From positions 40,034 to 104,033 of the forward strand of contig JADGBR010000005.1 of assembly GCA_015231405.1 (NCBI GenBank): a stretch of 64,000 nucleotides of DNA, in the 5' to 3' direction. Within the stretch, counting starts at the first letter, position 1, and every line of letters begins with the position of its first letter. Shown here one piece after another: positions 15,301 through 21,300 of this stretch. Made by a program: the position numbers and the translations under genes. The stretch comes from Candidatus Omnitrophota bacterium (GTDB lineage: Bacteria; Omnitrophota; Gorgyraeia; Tantalellales; Tantalellaceae). The notes below the pieces were generated by a model. It was not told the origin of the DNA. It did not search any database and was given only the letters and a program-made list of their open reading frames with translations.

Positions 15301-18300
15301 GAACGCGTCGTGGATAAGTTTCCTGGTCTCGCCGATATCACCCAGACTATCCGGCTCGCTGCCGCCGCTCGCTATGATCCACCTTATGCCGGAGAATTTT
15401 TCCCTGATATCTTTTATCAGGCTTTCCCTTTTCGAAGCCAACAGCCCTTTCCCACGCTCTGATTCCGGCACCCAATCACCAAAGAAAAATTTTGGGTCAC
15501 TTCTCATCGCTTCAACGATCTCGGTAGTGCTCGCGTCGTAATATCCCATGGCGAAATGACGCAGACTGTACGACAGTACGGCTTCGTTAAATGTCTCCTC
15601 CGTGATATGACGGACACTCGCGTAATAGACCCTTGCCTTATTACCGTTTCCGTTAAGCGCGAGGTTGAGACCGATAAGGTCCATTGTTGCCGGGAGGACC
15701 GTACTATCCGCAGGCGATGAGACATTTTTTGTATCTATATCCTGCCGGTCGTTCTCGATAACGACAACGTCCTTCGCGCCCAGTAATAGTGCCGCGTTGG
15801 CCATGATACCGTTACGGGATAAAGCGTCGATGTAAGTGCGGCCCCGAATGATCTCCCTATTGGCCTGTAAGGCTATAAGCTGGCCGACGGCGCCCGCCAG
15901 GTAATAATAACCCTCGGGGGTACGGGGGTGATAAGTATACGGCCACCATCCGCCTTCACCGTACTTAGTCGCCTCTTCAAACATCCTTATGGCATAAGGA
16001 TACCTGGCCAGGAGACGGTCCAACAGTTCTTTGCGCCTCATCCCGGGCATCTTCCCGCCCGAACCCTTTCCCATCGCTTTTTCGTTTTCATCCCATGGTT
16101 TAAGCCCGTAATTAACGGCAAAGATCTCCCCGGCCCTGAAATATACCGGACCCTTATTATTGTTCTCGGACTGGAACATGGTATACGGATATTCTTCTTC
16201 CAGATAACGCGCGGTCCCCCGCGTTATCTGATCTTCTTCGACGCCGAATATTACAAGAAGTGCATTCTCGAACTCATCCGGCGTTATCGAGTGTCCCGGA
16301 GCAAGATATCCCTCCACTTCCTTTTCACCTTCGGACATATCCGGAAAAAGCTTGTTGACGATCTCCTCTGCCGTTTTCCGTTCGACCTTTGTCAGGTCGA
16401 AGAAAGAGTACCACCCTTTTTTGGGCCTTGTCCCCTCTAGCGCCGTGATCAGGTCTTCCCTCGTAAGCCCTATTTTACCCAGATCCGTCTCTACTCCGGC
16501 ATTCCTGGCTATAGCGAAAAGATCTTCCGGCTGTATGACGTCGGAACGCATCCTGGTGTAAATATAAGACATGATGAGCGTCGTGATACCGATCATCTCG
16601 CCGTGAAGGATCTTCCTGCCTCTGGTCAATTTTTCCAGGGTCTCAGCGAGAATATGCTCTGATCCTGTCCTGGGCCTCTCGGACCCGAATTCCGTTATTA
16701 ACGCAGCGCTCCTCGCGTTCAGGTACGTTATGGCTTTTAGCCCTTCCTTGCCGCCGGAACGTATGGCCGGAGCGGATTTCACAAGGTCACGCAATAATTC
16801 CTCGGTTTTACGCCTTACCGCCTCATCCTCCCTTTCTCCCTCCGACAGAGCAAGTCTCCAGTCGTTAAGCGCGACCCAGCCGGACATGAGCCCCCCTGCC
16901 CCGGCCGTATTGCCTCTCGGGTTCAACGATATGAAATCAGGATCAACAACGACTTTACGCGGCGCGTATGTTGCGGCGCTGTACAGGGTATAATTGCCTC
17001 CGTCACGGTCTTCGTCACGGATAATGGCGTTTCCCGTAAATGGGGCGTTTGTCGATAACGCGCTCGGAATGATGACAACATCGGCGGAGAATTTTTTTCC
17101 TATCAGTTTCGCCCAATCCGTAACTGAACCGAGCCCTATCCCGACGACCAGTTCCGGATAATTGTGCCCGGATCCTTCCGTTCCGGGATAAGATCCTTTC
17201 GCTATCTCCTCGGCTTTATCAAAATAGCTCCCTTCCCCGAACCTCTCCTTATCGATATGCCTGAAATTCACGTCTTCGACATCCATGGCTCGCGAAAGCA
17301 ACTCATCCTTACCGGGAAAGACCCATTTTTCCATCTGTGCGCGGACAAGCGGCGAGGTCACGACAATGAACCTCTTTTCACTACCGCCACGGAGCAGTCC
17401 TTTTAAATATTTTTCGGCGGCATTTGCGCCTGTTTCAACTTCAGGGGCGTACATTTCTTTCTCGCCCGGGTAACGCCTTCTCCTCGCCTCAGCCTTAACG
17501 TCGTCATAAGGTTTAAGGAGTTCTTCATACCTCGCCGCCATCCGCTCCCGGCGCGTATCACGGGTGGCGTTGCCCGGGGCATACCCTTCACCGCTCGTCA
17601 AGCCCTTCTCACTCAGTTCATTTTTAATACCCATTATTTCCGCGTTACCTTCTGTATGACCGGCGGCATAAGCCGCTTCGACCCTTAGATTAAAAGCGTC
17701 ATCGGTGCTGCCTGCCAGGGACATCGCCTCATGCACAATGGCGGCCCCCCTTCTATCATCGCGGCAGCTCGCCGAGATATTTATCCCGTATGTCGCGCTC
17801 GCGTGAGCGTCGAATAGCGGCGGCAGGCCATGATCCGCCTCAAGGACATTGACCTTCCCCTCCTCGATATACCCCAGGAGTATTCCCCAGATATCCGCCC
17901 TTCCAAGCACATCGGTAAAAAAGTCTTTTATCTTCGACAGCGTCTCCCGGTCGTCGTACCTGAAATGGCGTTTGCCGGCAGCTTCGGCCCCGGCGGCGTA
18001 AAACCCGGCTATATACTCATCGATAAGGATATCGTGCAGTTCCAATTTAACGCGGTGATCTATCCCCGGGGCTGAAAGAACTGAACGGTAAGCATCAGAC
18101 TCTTTGATGTTGTTCTTTCCGAGAATAGCCTTTACCCTTTCGACCTGGTCATCCGAATACATCGGTTCTTCACAACGGCCATCCCGTCCTTCTCTCATGA
18201 GATCACGGAAGGTCACAAGATGCGCGCATTCCCTGAATTTAGCAAGATCTCGTTCCTTCTGGGCCTCACCGGCCAGGGACGTATCAACTTCCGCGTATTC

Positions 18301-21300
18301 CGTGGCCGACAGGAACTCCGTCACCGCGTCAGACGTGCCGGCATACCCCAGCCCCACACCATCCTGCTCATCATCGCCGCTATTAAATACACCTATCAGT
18401 TTTCCTCGGACATACACGGGAACGCCGCATGAACCCCACCTGTTGCAGGCTGGGTTATAAATGATAATGGTTTCATGCCTATCCCCAACCCATCTGGTTA
18501 TTTCGGCTTCAGTGTCTACGGCCCTGATCGTCTTGGCCGCCCGGGCTATGTCCCTGGCTGCTTCTTCGTATTCGGCTAATACGACTACCGCGTCACCCCG
18601 TTCGGTCTCTCCTGGTTCGCTCGTATAAGGCAGCTCGTCAGTACCGGCTATCGGCAAAATGTCAAAATGCCTGATGGGGTTTTCCGGGTATAATTTTATC
18701 AAGCTTAGGTCTTTATTTTTACTATGAACATATTTTACGATCTCACCGCAGATCTCTCTGCCATGGAATGAAGCTTTGACCTTCTGCCCGACCTTGGCGC
18801 CGTGGCCTACGGAAAGGACATAGACCTCCTGCCTGTGCTCTATTTCGACGGTAGCTAGTATGGTCCCCTGATACACCTCGGGTGACTCAAGCTCATGATC
18901 CTCAAGCGTTATTAACCTCTCCAGCATTTCGTCGCGCGTGATACCGCCCTCGAACGTTTCTGACGTCTCTTCAGCCTCTTCCGGGTCAGCCGTTTTTTCC
19001 AAAGCCTCGAGTATCCCCTCCATGAACCCCAGGATCTCGAGATCCCGGTTGATCCTGTCTCTTTCATCCATCATGTTCCATGGGACCTTCTTCATGTTCT
19101 CAAGCACCCAGCGAACACCCGATAGAGACTCGATCCCTTCCAAAAGATACGACGAATACGGCAGGATATCACCCATATAGTTCTGATGGCCCGAATGGAA
19201 TCCCAGACTCCACCGGCTGGCATAGCCAAGATCCTTATACCCATTCAGAAAGCCTTTGATCCCGAGTTTCGGCTGGGTGATGGTCTTCAGTGTCACACCC
19301 CATTCCATGAACTGCCACCAGAACTGGTCCTCCTTCCTGTCCAGAACTTCGAGTATATGCCCGGCCTCGTGCATCCAGTCTTTTTTCTCCTCTAGAAGTC
19401 TACGGGCTTTTCTCTTCCCGTCCGCGTAGGCTGAAAAATTCTGCGGCGGGTCCTCGTCCATATTGAGTAGGACAAACTCGCCCGAATCCATGCTGTGGCT
19501 TATGAACTTGTCGGTTCCTACCCTGCCGAATTTCTTCGTGAAGTAATTCCAGGAGTCCCCATGGAGCGGGGTTATCTTTATGGAATCGCCTTCCCTGTAA
19601 GGCCGCGAGTTCCCTATAGTATTGTGGTTTGAAAAATTATAACTATTCCAGAGGTCACGCGGCATCGCTATCCCTATACCGCCCTCCGCCAGGGCGTATT
19701 TATGCATTTCTTTGAGAAAATTCAAGATGAGTTCTTCGCCGTCAAATACTGGCGACTCTATGGTGTCTACCGTCAGCACTTTTTCACCTTTATCGTTCTT
19801 TCCCCACACGAGCCCTATCCATCCCACAAGCTGGCCCTTACGGTAGACAAAATATCCCAGGGCGTCTTCCTGGTAAGCACGCATAAAACCAAGGCCCTTA
19901 TCCATATCGAAAGAACAGTCATCTATGCCTGCCCGGCCCTGGAACGTTCCGAGGAACCCGACCGGGATGAGATCGAAAGTGTGCTTCACGACGGTATCGA
20001 CGAATTTCGCTTTTTCATATTCTTTGTAGAACACTTCCGAAAGGGCGAGCAGTTCAGCTTTTACCTCGGCGCCTCCGCCAAGCCCATTTCCTAGTGTTTC
20101 CAACGCATCCCGGGCATTATCCTCATAAAGGACTTTCAGATACTGCATTTTTTCGGATATATCCTCTCCCTGGCCCCGGGTTATCATGTCAAGAATTCCT
20201 GGCCTTTCCAGTACCGCCGCGATCACTACATCCCGCATAACAACTAGGCATTTATCTTTAAGCGCCGGGTCCACGATACGCCTCGCCGCAAGCTCGTACG
20301 CAGCGCGGTAGACGAATTCCTTGTTCGCCATTAGCTCTTCACGCATATCTTCCTCTGAACGGCTTTTCATCGCTTCCGTAACATATGCCCTTTTGCCATC
20401 ACCCTGTATTTTCCCAGCCTCCTCATACTTGAACAGGTAGTACAGATTCCTCACGGATAGTCTTTTATGCCCGGGGAAATATTCCGAGAGTATGGACAGG
20501 TCATCCACTTTCCTTTTTAAGTCCATGAGCCGAGAGACATGCGTCTCTATGGTCCGGGAAGAAACTTCGCTAGTGTTCAGCTCCCTGACGCCGGACGCGC
20601 CGACTTCGAGCGGCTTAAGCTTATTGCGTTTATTGAATATGTCTTTAAAATTCGAGCCATCAGGCGCGCCGTACGTGATATCCCTTACCGGAGCCATATG
20701 CGTGTCGTATTCGCCCTTCGTCATCGACACCCCGGCCAGCTTCGCCCCGAGATAAGCGTAAAAATTATCGCTGTCGTTCTTAATATCAAAACCGTCGTTC
20801 ATTGCCTTCCACGCTTTTGCTTCAAGGCCGCGAAGATATTCGTCCGCGGACGCATATTCGAGACATTTCTCCATTAATATCCTGTCATCCATGGGTAACC
20901 CGTGTTTAATGAAGAATTTTACGACCTTCGCCCCGGCATCGCCGAAACTGAAACCCTCCGCCCCTATGACGCGAGCCATAAGCCGGCCGTTCCCCCTATA
21001 GCTGAAGTCCTTTTCGTATTCATATTCCGGAGCGAGGAGGTGCAGGGGGCGCTTACCCTTTTCAAGGAGGTCAGCGCAGAGTTCCGAAAGCGAGTCATAG
21101 AAATCGCCCCTATTCGGATGCTCGCCGCGCATATTCTCGAGCGCCTTGTAAAACGACCCGACCCGCTCTGGGAGGCCTTGCTCGATAAGCGCCTTGTTCA
21201 TGGAAAATAGCCCGCTTATCCAGGCAGACTCTTTTAACCTGATCTTGTAATTCTCGGCCATCCACCCCCGATATTTGGCATCCTCCGTCTCGAGGTTTTT

